Source: an uncultured Chloroflexia bacterium (lineage in GTDB: Bacteria > Chloroflexota > Limnocylindria > Limnocylindrales > CSP1-4). Taken from it: a stretch of 64,000 nucleotides of DNA. Shown in pieces: positions 17,744 through 26,437 of the stretch; position 1 is the stretch's first letter, and each line of letters starts with the position of its first letter. The translations under genes and the position numbers were made by a program. The notes below the pieces were generated by a model. That model ran no database searches and was not told the origin of the DNA. It saw only the letters and a list, made by a program, of their open reading frames with translations. The stretch spans positions 1,632,001-1,696,000 of the forward strand of contig CAVPPB010000003.1 in assembly GCA_963707215.1 (NCBI GenBank), read 5' to 3'.

Positions 17744-19105
17744 TCACCGGGCGTCGGCGGCCACCCGTCCGTCCGCGATCGCTGTCTTGAGCGCGCCATA
17801 GTCGAGATCGTTCTGGTTCGCATACGCCTCGGCGAAGTCCGCGACCGCGCCATCGAACGTGTCGCTGTTGCCGAGGTAGCCGGCGATCAGGGCCGGCTCA
17901 CCGGAACGTGCATGAGCCCGGGCGAGGGTCCAGCCGCAGGCCTTGGCGTAGCGGACAAGTCCAGGGGGATCGAGCCGGGCAACGTCGACGCCCACCTTCC
18001 AGTCGCGCATCTGGCGGACGTAGAACGCCGGCTGTCCGGATGCTCCCAGCCAGCCGAGGAAGATGTCGCTGGCCGCCTGCATCACACGCTGGCCCTGCAC
18101 CACCCGCTCCCCGGGCCAGCGGAACTCGCTCCTATCGAGAAACTGCTCGAGGACGGATGCCTGCGCTTCCTTCACCTGCAGGACGAGGAGGTCATGGTCC
18201 GTACGACCCCGCATCAGCACGATGAACGCGCGAAGCCCGACGCTCCCGACGCCGACCACCTTGTGGGCGATGTCGAGGACCTGGTAGCGGTCGAGCAGCC
18301 GCCGGCGCTCGAGCGGGAGCGTCCTGCGGTAGAGGCGCGTCGCCTTCTCGACCGTGTCCTTGAGATCCTCCTGGTCCACGCCCGGCAGCTCGCCCAGCCG
18401 GTAGAGCAGCGGTGGCTGATTGCGGAGCCGCAGGGTGCCCTGCACGCGTTCCGTCAGCTTGCCGATGGGGCGCAGGGGGTCCTCGGTGGTCACGTGACGG
18501 ACCCCTTCGGCGAAGCCCTTGCGTTGGGCCTTTGGAAGAGCAGCCTGCATCGCCGAGCTGGTGAGGCGCGCGTACCAGGTCGTGAGGTACGGATCAGCTG
18601 CGAACCGGCTCATCGCCGACCGGTAGGTGGTGACCAGCGCCAGCACGCTCCTCCGGTCGTCCCCGGATGTGAAGCCATTGCTCCGGCCTGCGATGACGAA
18701 GCTCGCCGCGAGCCGCTTGACGTCCCACTCGAAGGGCCCTGGGAGCGTCTCGTCGAAATCGTTGACGTCGAAGACGAGGTTCCGCTCCGGCGTCGCGTAT
18801 CCGCCGAAGTTGACGAGGTGCGCGTCGCCGCAGAGCTGGGCGCGGATGCCCGTTGCCGGTAGCGTCGCGAGGTCCTCCGCCATGATCGCCGCTGCGCCGC
18901 GGTAGAAGGCGAACGCCGACTCGGACATGCGGCTGTACCGAATGGGCACGAGCGCGGTGACCCTCGTGGCTGCCTGCGCCTCGAGGATCGCGACGGGATT
19001 CCTCCGGCTGTCCGGCGGCGACCAGGCAGCGTGCGCCGACCTGGGGACCCGCTGACGCCGCTCACGACCTTGGTCGAGCTCGCCCTGGGTGGTGTTGCCT
19101 GCCAT
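17744..19105 (-). CDS. DUF2252 family protein (kinase-like fold)
   Basis: LVPIRYSRM..FAFYRG, CGDAHLVNFG, FDVNDFDET, KVVGVGSVG, FYVRQMRDWK. Confidence 0.92.
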   Translation of the reverse strand: MAGNTTQGELDQGRERRQRVPRSAHAAWSPPDSRRNPVAILEAQAATRVTALVPIRYSRMSESAFAFYRGAAAIMAEDLATLPATGIRAQLCGDAHLVNFGGYATPERNLVFDVNDFDETLPGPFEWDVKRLAASFVIAGRSNGFTSGDDRRSVLALVTTYRSAMSRFAADPYLTTWYARLTSSAMQAALPKAQRKGFAEGVRHVTTEDPLRPIGKLTERVQGTLRLRNQPPLLYRLGELPGVDQEDLKDTVEKATRLYRRTLPLERRRLLDRYQVLDIAHKVVGVGSVGLRAFIVLMRGRTDHDLLVLQVKEAQASVLEQFLDRSEFRWPGERVVQGQRVMQAASDIFLGWLGASGQPAFYVRQMRDWKVGVDVARLDPPGLVRYAKACGWTLARAHARSGEPALIAGYLGNSDTFDGAVADFAEAYANQNDLDYGALKTAIADGRVAADAR

Positions 19106-19194
19106 GCTCCCCATCTCCCGTTGCGGCCCGTCGCCCGTGGCGCCGTCCCTGGCGGCGCCGAGTCGACCGCGCCATTGTGGGCGCCGCTCAGCCG

Positions 19195-19446
19195 TCAGGA
19201 CAGCCCGAGTGTCCGCTCGGGCTCCGGCAGTCGCGGCGCAAGGATCCACACCAGCTGCGCCATGGTCGCAGCCCCGACCTTCGTCCGCGCATTCGCGAGG
19301 TGGTGCTTGACGGTCGAGTGGGACAGCCCGAGGCGATGAGCAGCGGCCTTCTCTGAGCCCGTGGCGAGCACCGCGGCGACCACCCCGACCTCACGGTCTG
19401 TGGCTCGCCCTGTAGTGCTCCGAGCGGCCGGAGTACGCGCACTCAC
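19195..19446 (-). CDS. Small LuxR/GerE-type HTH protein
   Basis: TDREVGVV..EKAAAHRLGLSHSTVKHHLANARTKVG; GTG 19446 overlaps TGA of the att-derived frame. Confidence 0.75.
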   Translation of the reverse strand: MSARTPAARSTTGRATDREVGVVAAVLATGSEKAAAHRLGLSHSTVKHHLANARTKVGAATMAQLVWILAPRLPEPERTLGLS

Positions 19447-19524
19447 GCCAGCCGCCGCGCGGCCGCGAGCCACTCATCCCGCCCCTCGATCGGGATCTCG
19501 TAGGTAGCTAACGCGCGCCCAACA

Positions 19525-19546
19525 CCTGTCGGGCGCGCCATTGCAA
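19525..19546 (+). repeat. att direct repeat, distal copy (displaced tRNA 3' end)
   Basis: Identical to 15272-15293; embedded in inverted repeat GCGCGCCCAACA-CC-TGTCGGGCGCGC. Confidence 0.9.
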
Positions 19547-19547
19547 A

Positions 19548-20000
19548 ACGTCGTGGGCCAATGATTGGGTCCCTCGATGCCGGGGAATTCGATGGGCGCC
19601 ATCAGCTGTCCGCCGCGGTGGCTCCATCGAACCTTCCGGTGCCGCCGACGATCTCGAAGTCGTACGTGATCTCCAGCAGCGTGGGATCTGGTCCGACCGC
19701 GGCAACGTCGCTGGCTTCGTAGGTGACGAAGACCTCGTCACCGTTCGCGGCCATGAAGGTCATCTCGATCCCCGTGATGGCGGGGCCAGGCGGGGTACAG
19801 TTGTAGTAGTCGAGCTCGAACTTGCCCAGATGCGTAGCCTGTCCGGTGGCCGTGAAGACGGAGCGCAGCGTCGCCCCATCGGGCAGCACTGGGCACAGCG
19901 AGTCGGGCTGAACCATCCCGAACCCCGCTGCGGTGCCGTTGAACGGACGCTGTGGATCGCTCCTGGCCGCCACGGGTGCCGCGGTGGCCAGCACCAGCAT
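19548..20000 (-). pseudogene. Fragment of a secreted beta-rich protein
   Basis: Begins in mid signal peptide (LVLATAAPVAA); GQATHLG and IVGGTGRFDGAT motifs; apparent frameshift near 19615, after which the frame runs to the att site. Confidence 0.55.
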
Positions 20001-20002
20001 CA

Positions 20003-20386
20003 GTACGACCAGACTGGCAGGACCTGCGGGACGCGCTCGACCGGACCTACGACGAGATCCGGAGGCTGCGCGCCGGCCAGCCGACGATCCTCAGGGTCGT
20101 CGGCAGCTTCGCGCCGTGGTATGGCCAGCTGCGACAGGCGGGGATCGAATCGGCGTGCATGGCCAACGAGGCGGTCCGCGAGCAGGTCGAGCGGGATGCC
20201 GCCGAGGCGGCCGGGGCCGTGTTCGTCTCCGCGCTCGATCTGTTCAATGGACCCGCGCACGACGTGGACCCGGTCGAGCTGGGCTGGATCGGCATGGACA
20301 GTGTCCACGCCAACGACGCCGGCCGCGCCATCCTGGTCGAAGCGCTCGCTGCCACCGGATGGGAGGCGAGCGAGCCGCCAAGCTGA
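20003..20386 (+). pseudogene. C-terminal fragment of an SGNH/GDSL hydrolase
   Basis: Block V MDSVHANDAG present; GDS block absent. Confidence 0.6.
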
Positions 20387-20505
20387 GCCCACCTCGGTGG
20401 GGACGAGGCGTCTGAAGCCCTGCACGTCACCGTCCAGCCCGAGGAGGCCCGCGCCAGGCCAAGTCACACGGCGCGTCCCGGCTGCCGAGGCCGTCGCCGG
20501 GCTCT

Positions 20506-20547
20506 GGTACCTCCACGCCCTGCGGGGGTACCTCCACGCCTTGCGGG
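20506..20547 (+). repeat. 21-bp tandem duplication
   Basis: GGTACCTCCACGCC(C/T)TGCGGG x2. Confidence 0.8.
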
Positions 20548-20750
20548 CGGCTGCGGACGACTCGGGCAGGCGGCAGGCTGGCCCACGCGGTGCCGGGCCT
20601 GATCCAGGCGGGGCTAGCCGTGAGCGTGACCGCCGCCCTGTGGCTGTTCCGGGTGTCCGCGACGACGCCCGACGCCCCGTTCCACTCGCTGACGGGACCC
20701 CTGCTCTGCCTCTGCGCCCGGGGTCTTCGCCGGGTCAGCGACGTTCGTCC

Positions 20751-20990
20751 TCAAGAAGGCGTCAACCACTCCGTGATGTCACCCGCTGACGGCAGGCGGC
20801 CCGTGCTCACGACCTTGCCGTCGATGACGAGCCCGGGGGTGCTCATGACACCGCGGCTCGCAATCTCGGCGTAGTCGGTGACCTTGACGATCTCCGCTTC
20901 GACGCCGGCCTGCGCGACCGCCTCGCGGACGTTTGCCTCGAGCCGCTGGCAGTTGTTGCAGCCGGGTCCGAGGACCTCGATGACCTTCAC
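20751..20990 (-). CDS. Small redox-active disulfide protein (Thioredoxin_3/MTH895-like)
   Basis: IEVLGPGCNNC..GVMSTPGLVIDG. Confidence 0.9.
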   Translation of the reverse strand: MKVIEVLGPGCNNCQRLEANVREAVAQAGVEAEIVKVTDYAEIASRGVMSTPGLVIDGKVVSTGRLPSAGDITEWLTPS

Positions 20991-21247
20991 GGGTGGACCT
21001 CCTTGGGTGTCGTGAGCCAGGCGGCGACCTCCCGCCGGCTCGGGACCCGGCCGGCCGCGACGACCGTGCCGTCGACGACGAGGGCCGGGGTTCGCATGAA
21101 GAAGCCGCGGCCGACGATCTCAGCCGGATCGGTGACGTAGCGAGCATCGATGTCGAGGCAGGCGCTGCGCGTCACGTCGCGCACGAGCTCGAGCAGCTCC
21201 GAGCAGCGCCGGCAGCCTGGACCGATGACCTCGACGATCCGCTCCAT
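20987..21247 (-). CDS. Second small redox-active disulfide protein
   Basis: MERIVEVIGPGCRRC..MRTPALVVDG (3' part of ORF 20987-22555). Confidence 0.85.
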   Translation of the reverse strand: MERIVEVIGPGCRRCSELLELVRDVTRSACLDIDARYVTDPAEIVGRGFFMRTPALVVDGTVVAAGRVPSRREVAAWLTTPKEVHP

Positions 21248-22287
21248 CACGCGGCCAGCCAGTTGAACAGGTAGCCGATCGCAACGATGCCGACGGCGAC
21301 GATGCTGGCGAAGGCGACGAGCAGGCGCGGCTTCATGACTTTGCGCAGGATCACCACCTCGGGCAGCGAGAGGGCGGTGATCGCCATCATGAACGCGAGC
21401 GCCGAGCCGACCGGGAGGCCCTTGCCAAGGAGGGCTTCGATGACCGGGATCGTGCCTGCGGCGTTGCTGTACAGCGGCACGCCGAGGATGACGAGCGCCG
21501 GGACCGCGAGCGGGTTGCCGGGGCCGCCGATCTGGACGACGAGCTCGGTCGGCACGAAGCCGTGGATGAAGGCGCCGATCCCGATGCCGACGATCACGTA
21601 GGGCCACACCCGGCCGACGATGTCGCGCGTTGAGCGCCACGCCTCGCGGACGCGGTCCTCGAGCGTGGTGTGCTCGTCGATCGTCACGCCGCCCGCCCGG
21701 ACCTTCCAGACATAGTCCTCGACGTAGCGCTCGAGGCCAAGGCGCCCGATGAGCAGGCCCGCGACGATCGCGACGACGAGGCCCGCGGCCATGTAGGCGA
21801 GCGTGAGCTGCGGGCCGACAAGGCCCCACAGGAGCACGATCGCCACTTCGTTGACCATCGGTGAGGCGATGAGAAACGCGAACGTGACCCCGAGCGGCAC
21901 CCCCGCCTCGAGGAACCCGATGAAGAGCGGGACAGCTGAGCACGAGCAGAACGGGGTGACGACGCCGAAGCCGGCGGCCGCGACCGTCCCGGGGACAGCG
22001 CCCCGGCCAGCGAGGGCACGCCGCACCCGCTCGGGCGACACGAACGAGCGCAGGAACGAGATGAGGGTGACGATGCCGGTCAGCAGCAGCAGGACCTTGG
22101 GCACGTCGTACAGGAAGAACGCAACCGCCTCCCCGAGCGGTGATCCATGCTCGAGCCCGAGCACGTCGAAGGCCAGCCAGTTCGCCGCGGGCAGGGCGAG
22201 GAACCACGCCACGAGCCAGAGCGTGGTGCCCGCGAGGACGACGACCCAGAGCGGCGGATGGATCTGGCGGACAACCAGGATCGTCAT
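21247..22287 (-). CDS. arsP: ArsP/DUF318 family permease
   Basis: VTPFCSCSAVPLF, SPMVNE, PLYSNAAG, ALSLPE. Confidence 0.85.
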   Translation of the reverse strand: MTILVVRQIHPPLWVVVLAGTTLWLVAWFLALPAANWLAFDVLGLEHGSPLGEAVAFFLYDVPKVLLLLTGIVTLISFLRSFVSPERVRRALAGRGAVPGTVAAAGFGVVTPFCSCSAVPLFIGFLEAGVPLGVTFAFLIASPMVNEVAIVLLWGLVGPQLTLAYMAAGLVVAIVAGLLIGRLGLERYVEDYVWKVRAGGVTIDEHTTLEDRVREAWRSTRDIVGRVWPYVIVGIGIGAFIHGFVPTELVVQIGGPGNPLAVPALVILGVPLYSNAAGTIPVIEALLGKGLPVGSALAFMMAITALSLPEVVILRKVMKPRLLVAFASIVAVGIVAIGYLFNWLAA

Positions 22288-22613
22288 CGCAGGACGTCGT
22301 CGATTGCAGCGCGCGCCGTCGCGATCGCCGGCTCGATCCGCTCGTAGTAGAGGAACCGCGCGTTCGCATCGTGGCGGCTCGCGCGCACCAGGCCAGCGTC
22401 GCGGAGCTTCGCGAGGTGGTTGCTGACGGCGTTGTCGCGCATCTCGAGCGCTGCCGCCATCTCGCACACGCACACCGGCCCGTCCGCAAGCATCCGCAGG
22501 ATCGCGGCGCGGGTCGGGTCGGCGAGCAGGGCCGCGGCCGCGACGGCCGCGCCAACGTCGGGTGCCTGCATGTCGAGGCGCGGGACGCACACGACGGGGA
22601 GCACGGTGGTCAT
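22284..22613 (-). CDS. arsR: ArsR/SmtB family repressor
   Basis: LADPTRAAIL..PVCVCEM..VSNHLAKLRDAGLV. Confidence 0.88.
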   Translation of the reverse strand: MTTVLPVVCVPRLDMQAPDVGAAVAAAALLADPTRAAILRMLADGPVCVCEMAAALEMRDNAVSNHLAKLRDAGLVRASRHDANARFLYYERIEPAIATARAAIDDVLR

Positions 22614-23683
22614 GCCACGCCCCCCTGGACCACCGGCAGCGGCTGGACGCCGAACAGGCGCGGCGCCAGGCGCATCGCGGACCACACGAAGAACAGCATC
22701 ACCGGCACCTCGATCAGCGGGCCGACGACGGTCGCCAGCGCGACCGTGGGCGAGAACGCGGTGATGGCAATCGCGATCGCGATCTCGAAGTCCCGGCCCG
22801 TGGCGTTGAAGGCGACGGCGACCGCGTCCTGGTAGGAGAACCGCATCCGCCAACCGACCAGGAGCACGGTGAAGAACATGAACGAGAAGAACAAGGTCAT
22901 CGGGATCGCCATCTGGAGCACGATCGCGGGCTGCTGGAGGATGAGGTCGCCCTTGAGCGCGAACATGACGATCAGCGTGAACAGCAGCCCGAGGATCGAC
23001 ACGGCGTTGAGGGCCGGCTTAAGCGCCTCCATCCCGGCCTCACCCCTGCGCCGGACAACCAGGATCCGGGTCAGCACGCCCACCACCAGCGGCAGGCCCA
23101 GGTACAGCACCACGCTCTGGGCGACGACCATCGTGTCGAACTCCACGCTGCCGATCAGGAGGTTCGCGTAGACCGGGATCAGGAGCATCTGGATGACCGA
23201 GTTGAGGGCCACGAACACGAGGGCCATCGGCGTGTTCCCCTTGGCCAGGAACGTGAAGATGATCACCATCGCGATGCACGGCGCGAGGCCATAGAGGATC
23301 AGGCCGGTGCGGAGCTCCGGGTCCGCGACAAACAGGTTGGCCAGCCCGAACATCACGAACGGCGCGACCAGGTAGTTGAACCCCACCACGACGCCCAGTT
23401 GCCGCGGCGACCGGAACGCGATCCCCACCTCACCCAGGCGCACGTTGGTCATCGCGGGGTACATCATCGCGAACAAGCCGATGGGGACGCCGAGGCTGAT
23501 CAGCGCCGGCACGGAGGGCTCGAACGTGCCCGCCGCGATCGACTTGATCGCGTCGATCGGCGGAGTGAGCGCGAAGTCCGAGATCGAGAGCGCGTTCCCG
23601 ATGAGGATGCCGGCGGCCATGCTGAACAGGACCAGGAACGGCAGGAGGCGGAAGTCCTCGAGGCGTGTCAGCAGACGTCCCAC
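22610..23683 (-). CDS. acr3: ACR3 family arsenite efflux transporter
   Basis: MMYPAM, GLAPCIAMV, GRDFEIAIAIA, GPLIEVPVM. Confidence 0.92.
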   Translation of the reverse strand: MGRLLTRLEDFRLLPFLVLFSMAAGILIGNALSISDFALTPPIDAIKSIAAGTFEPSVPALISLGVPIGLFAMMYPAMTNVRLGEVGIAFRSPRQLGVVVGFNYLVAPFVMFGLANLFVADPELRTGLILYGLAPCIAMVIIFTFLAKGNTPMALVFVALNSVIQMLLIPVYANLLIGSVEFDTMVVAQSVVLYLGLPLVVGVLTRILVVRRRGEAGMEALKPALNAVSILGLLFTLIVMFALKGDLILQQPAIVLQMAIPMTLFFSFMFFTVLLVGWRMRFSYQDAVAVAFNATGRDFEIAIAIAITAFSPTVALATVVGPLIEVPVMLFFVWSAMRLAPRLFGVQPLPVVQGGVA

Positions 23684-23718
23684 GATGGTCCCCGTTCGAG
23701 CACTACACGACAGGCTGA

Positions 23719-23742
23719 ACATATCACTCCACCGTGAGATGT
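23719..23742 (-). promoter_or_regulatory. Putative ArsR operator
   Basis: ACATATCAC-N6-GTGAGATGT imperfect inverted repeat, 36 bp upstream of acr3. Confidence 0.65.
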
Positions 23743-24092
23743 CCGAGAGGACCGCCAGTCCTGAAGCCGCGGGACGAATGGCCTGGGATCTGCCGATGCC
23801 CGTGGGCGGCGGGCCGCGATTCGCGATCGGTCGATCGGGCCATACGACCGCGGGGAGGCCGGTGCTCGAGCTGCTGGCGGGCCCGTGCCGGGCCACGTCA
23901 TCTGCCGGCTCCCCTGCGGCCGTCCCTTCTTCCCCTGCAGGAGTCGATGTCCAAGGCGGTCCTCTCCGTGCGCGGGCTCACGAGGCGCGAGGCCCTGGGC
24001 GCTGGGCGTCGCGGTCAGCCGGACACTCACGACCTCGGCTGTTCCCCAGCCATCCGTCACGCGACGAGTAGCGACTCCGCGATACTCGCGGG

Positions 24093-24554
24093 ATGAACCT
24101 CTACTTCGCGGGTCCGCTGTACACGACGCCCGAACGCACCTGGAATGCCGAGGTGGTGGCTGCCCTGCGTGCTGCCGGGCACGAGGTCTTCCTGCCGCAG
24201 GAGCAGGAGCAGGGCAAGGATGGCCCGGGGATCTTCGCCACGGATGTCGGCGGGATCGACCGGGCGGATGCACTCGTCGCGATCATGGACGGCCCCGATC
24301 CCGATTCGGGGACAGCCTGGGAGGTCGGGTACGCGTTCGGGATGAGAAAGCCGGTCGTGCTGGTCCGCACCGACTTCCGGGTGCTCGCCGGCGACGCCGG
24401 CGACTACAACCCGATGCTGACCCAGGCGGCCACGATCAGGGTCGACGCACCGGCCGGGTCGACGACCGAGATCGTCGGTGCCGTCCTCGACGCGCTCGAG
24501 CGGGTCGAGGCCGGTCGGGACGGGACGTCGCCTGGGGAGGCCGCCACAACGTAG
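24093..24554 (+). CDS. Nucleoside 2-deoxyribosyltransferase family protein
   Basis: YFAGPLY, VFLPQE, DSGTAWEVGYA, YNPML. Confidence 0.9.
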   Translation: MNLYFAGPLYTTPERTWNAEVVAALRAAGHEVFLPQEQEQGKDGPGIFATDVGGIDRADALVAIMDGPDPDSGTAWEVGYAFGMRKPVVLVRTDFRVLAGDAGDYNPMLTQAATIRVDAPAGSTTEIVGAVLDALERVEAGRDGTSPGEAATT

Positions 24555-24690
24555 GTGATGCGCCGACGATCCGACCGGAAGCAGGGCGGAGTCTCGGCAG
24601 CGACGCGCCACTCGTCCGCCTGGGCGACGACGAAGACGGCGAGACCCCGGCCGGATGTGGCGGGGTCTCGCTCATGCCGCCGCCTGCCAG

Positions 24691-25641
24691 CTACGGCGTG
24701 ATGTCGAAGCTGGCCAGGAATGCGAGGTCGTCGGGCTGATCGAGCCGATACGCGCCACCCACGCCCGTGCAGTTCGGGCTGTAGCCGAACGAGGTCACGG
24801 CCACCAGGAGCAGCGAGTCCGTCGTGTCGAAGGTCGGACCACCCGAGTCACCGAAGCAGGTGCCGCCGGTGACCGGGTTGTTCGACAGCTGGATGTAGGT
24901 GTCCTTGGGGTTGCTGACGAGGTTCAGGAGTCGGGGCTCGGCCTTCATCCGCGTATCGCCGCCGATGTCCGCGAAGGGGAGGACCTTGTTGAGGCCGTAG
25001 CCGACGACCTCGAAGCGGTGGGCGTTCCGCCGGCCGGCATAGCGTTGGAGGTAGTCCTCCTCCGCGACCGTCGCGTAGGGGCCGGCCATCCCGTCGTCGA
25101 GGACGAGGACGCCGGCGTCATGGAGGTAGAAGGCCCGATCGTCGTACTGGGGATGCGGGAACGACTCCGCCCGGACCCACATGGAGCTTCCGTTGAGCCA
25201 GTCGCGCCGCGCCTCATAGCGGGCCCGCTGGGTCGGGTAGTTGAGATCACCGTTCTCGTCGAACGTCGGCGGGAAGCCGTCCCAGTGACTGTCGTCCTCG
25301 TTGGTGGTGAACCAGACGTCGTTGCCACCGGAGCCGTTCCCATCGGCAGCCGTATACCGATCGTCCTGCGTGGTCGTCGAGACGCCATCGAGACCGATCG
25401 CGAACGTGCAATGCCCGGCGGTCACCACCACAGTGGGGCTGGCGAGCGTGCCGGAGCAGCTGTACCAGGCACCCGGGTCGTCGTAGATGCCACTGGGGGC
25501 GTCGGGGACGAAGAACAGGAGCTGGCCGACCTGGGGATGCTCCCCGGCATCGTCGACGCCGCCCTTCGTGATCGCGGTCGCCGGCGCTGCGGCCAGGGCC
25601 AGCGCGAGCAGGGCTGCGAGTGCTGCGATGCGGATGCGCAT
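24691..25641 (-). CDS. Secreted trypsin-like (S1) serine protease
   Basis: Signal peptide, ITKGG mature N-terminus, TAGHC, HDAGV, GDSGGP; AGGAGG RBS. Confidence 0.92.
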   Translation of the reverse strand: MRIRIAALAALLALALAAAPATAITKGGVDDAGEHPQVGQLLFFVPDAPSGIYDDPGAWYSCSGTLASPTVVVTAGHCTFAIGLDGVSTTTQDDRYTAADGNGSGGNDVWFTTNEDDSHWDGFPPTFDENGDLNYPTQRARYEARRDWLNGSSMWVRAESFPHPQYDDRAFYLHDAGVLVLDDGMAGPYATVAEEDYLQRYAGRRNAHRFEVVGYGLNKVLPFADIGGDTRMKAEPRLLNLVSNPKDTYIQLSNNPVTGGTCFGDSGGPTFDTTDSLLLVAVTSFGYSPNCTGVGGAYRLDQPDDLAFLASFDITP

Positions 25642-25771
25642 GCGCCTCCTCCTGGGATGCAGGCGCGGCCGCGCGGCGCACGGCCGCAGTGCCGCGATGG
25701 TAAACCCAGGTCGGCCGAGGGCGGTGCGGGCGGGCACCGGTTCTTGGGTGACGGTCGCCCGAGCGGCCGGA

Positions 25772-26269
25772 CTAGGCGCTCGCGAGCCTCGCCTCCGCCG
25801 GCGCACCGGCTTCGCGTCCGGCGAGGACCCGCGTCAGCCCCTGCTCGCCCGAGCGCATGATGGCGTTGAAGTTGGAGGTGACGACCCGGCCGGCGAGCGG
25901 GACCGGCAGGTTCATCCACCAGCGCGCGGGGCGGACGTCCATGACGAAGCGGACCGTGGTTCGGCCACCGGCCGGCTCGAACGTCCAGGTGCAGGTGCCC
26001 TCCATGTCGCCGGCTGCCCGACCCTGCAGGAGGCGATGGCGCGCGATGTCGACGATCTCGACGTCGATCTTGAGCGTGTACGGCAGCCAGCCGCGCCAAC
26101 CCTGGCGGATCCGCATCCCGCGGCCCGAGGACTCGCCTGCCGAAAGCTGCTCGGCGGAACGGAACCCGTTCCACCAGGTCGGCCACTGCTGCTGGTCCAG
26201 GAGCACGTCCCAGACGCGCTCGACCGAGGCCTCAGCCTGCCATTCGGTGACGAAACGGAAGTGACCCAT
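25772..26269 (-). CDS. SRPBCC/polyketide cyclase family protein
   Basis: ASVERVWDVL..WPTWW..GDMEGTCTWTF. Confidence 0.85.
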   Translation of the reverse strand: MGHFRFVTEWQAEASVERVWDVLLDQQQWPTWWNGFRSAEQLSAGESSGRGMRIRQGWRGWLPYTLKIDVEIVDIARHRLLQGRAAGDMEGTCTWTFEPAGGRTTVRFVMDVRPARWWMNLPVPLAGRVVTSNFNAIMRSGEQGLTRVLAGREAGAPAEARLASA

Positions 26270-26437
26270 CGGAGTGGCGCCTCATCGCTCTGCCGTCCCG
26301 GGACGCTTGGTGACGTGCAGCGAGCCTCGGCGCTCCGGGGGCCGGCGACGATGGACAAGCGGCATCGCGGCGATACGTCATCCGTCCTGGCTTCCGGAGC
26401 GAGCCCCCGTGCGGGTCGCGCCGCGGGCAGCCCCACC

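Larger units (their letters stand above)
15272..19546. mobile_element. Degenerate integrative island at the tRNA-Arg 3' end
   Basis: 22-bp direct repeat CCTGTCGGGCGCGCCATTGCAA at 15272-15293 and 19525-19546; recombinase remnant adjacent to the tRNA. Confidence 0.88.

Noticed and set aside
23948-24096. AGGAG RBS + MSKAVLSVRGLT.., resembling an ABC ATPase start
   Set aside because: Similarity ends after about 12 codons; too short to call.
20547-26000. A third att copy closing a larger island around the ars operon
   Set aside because: No further copy of the tRNA-Arg 3' end found by eye.
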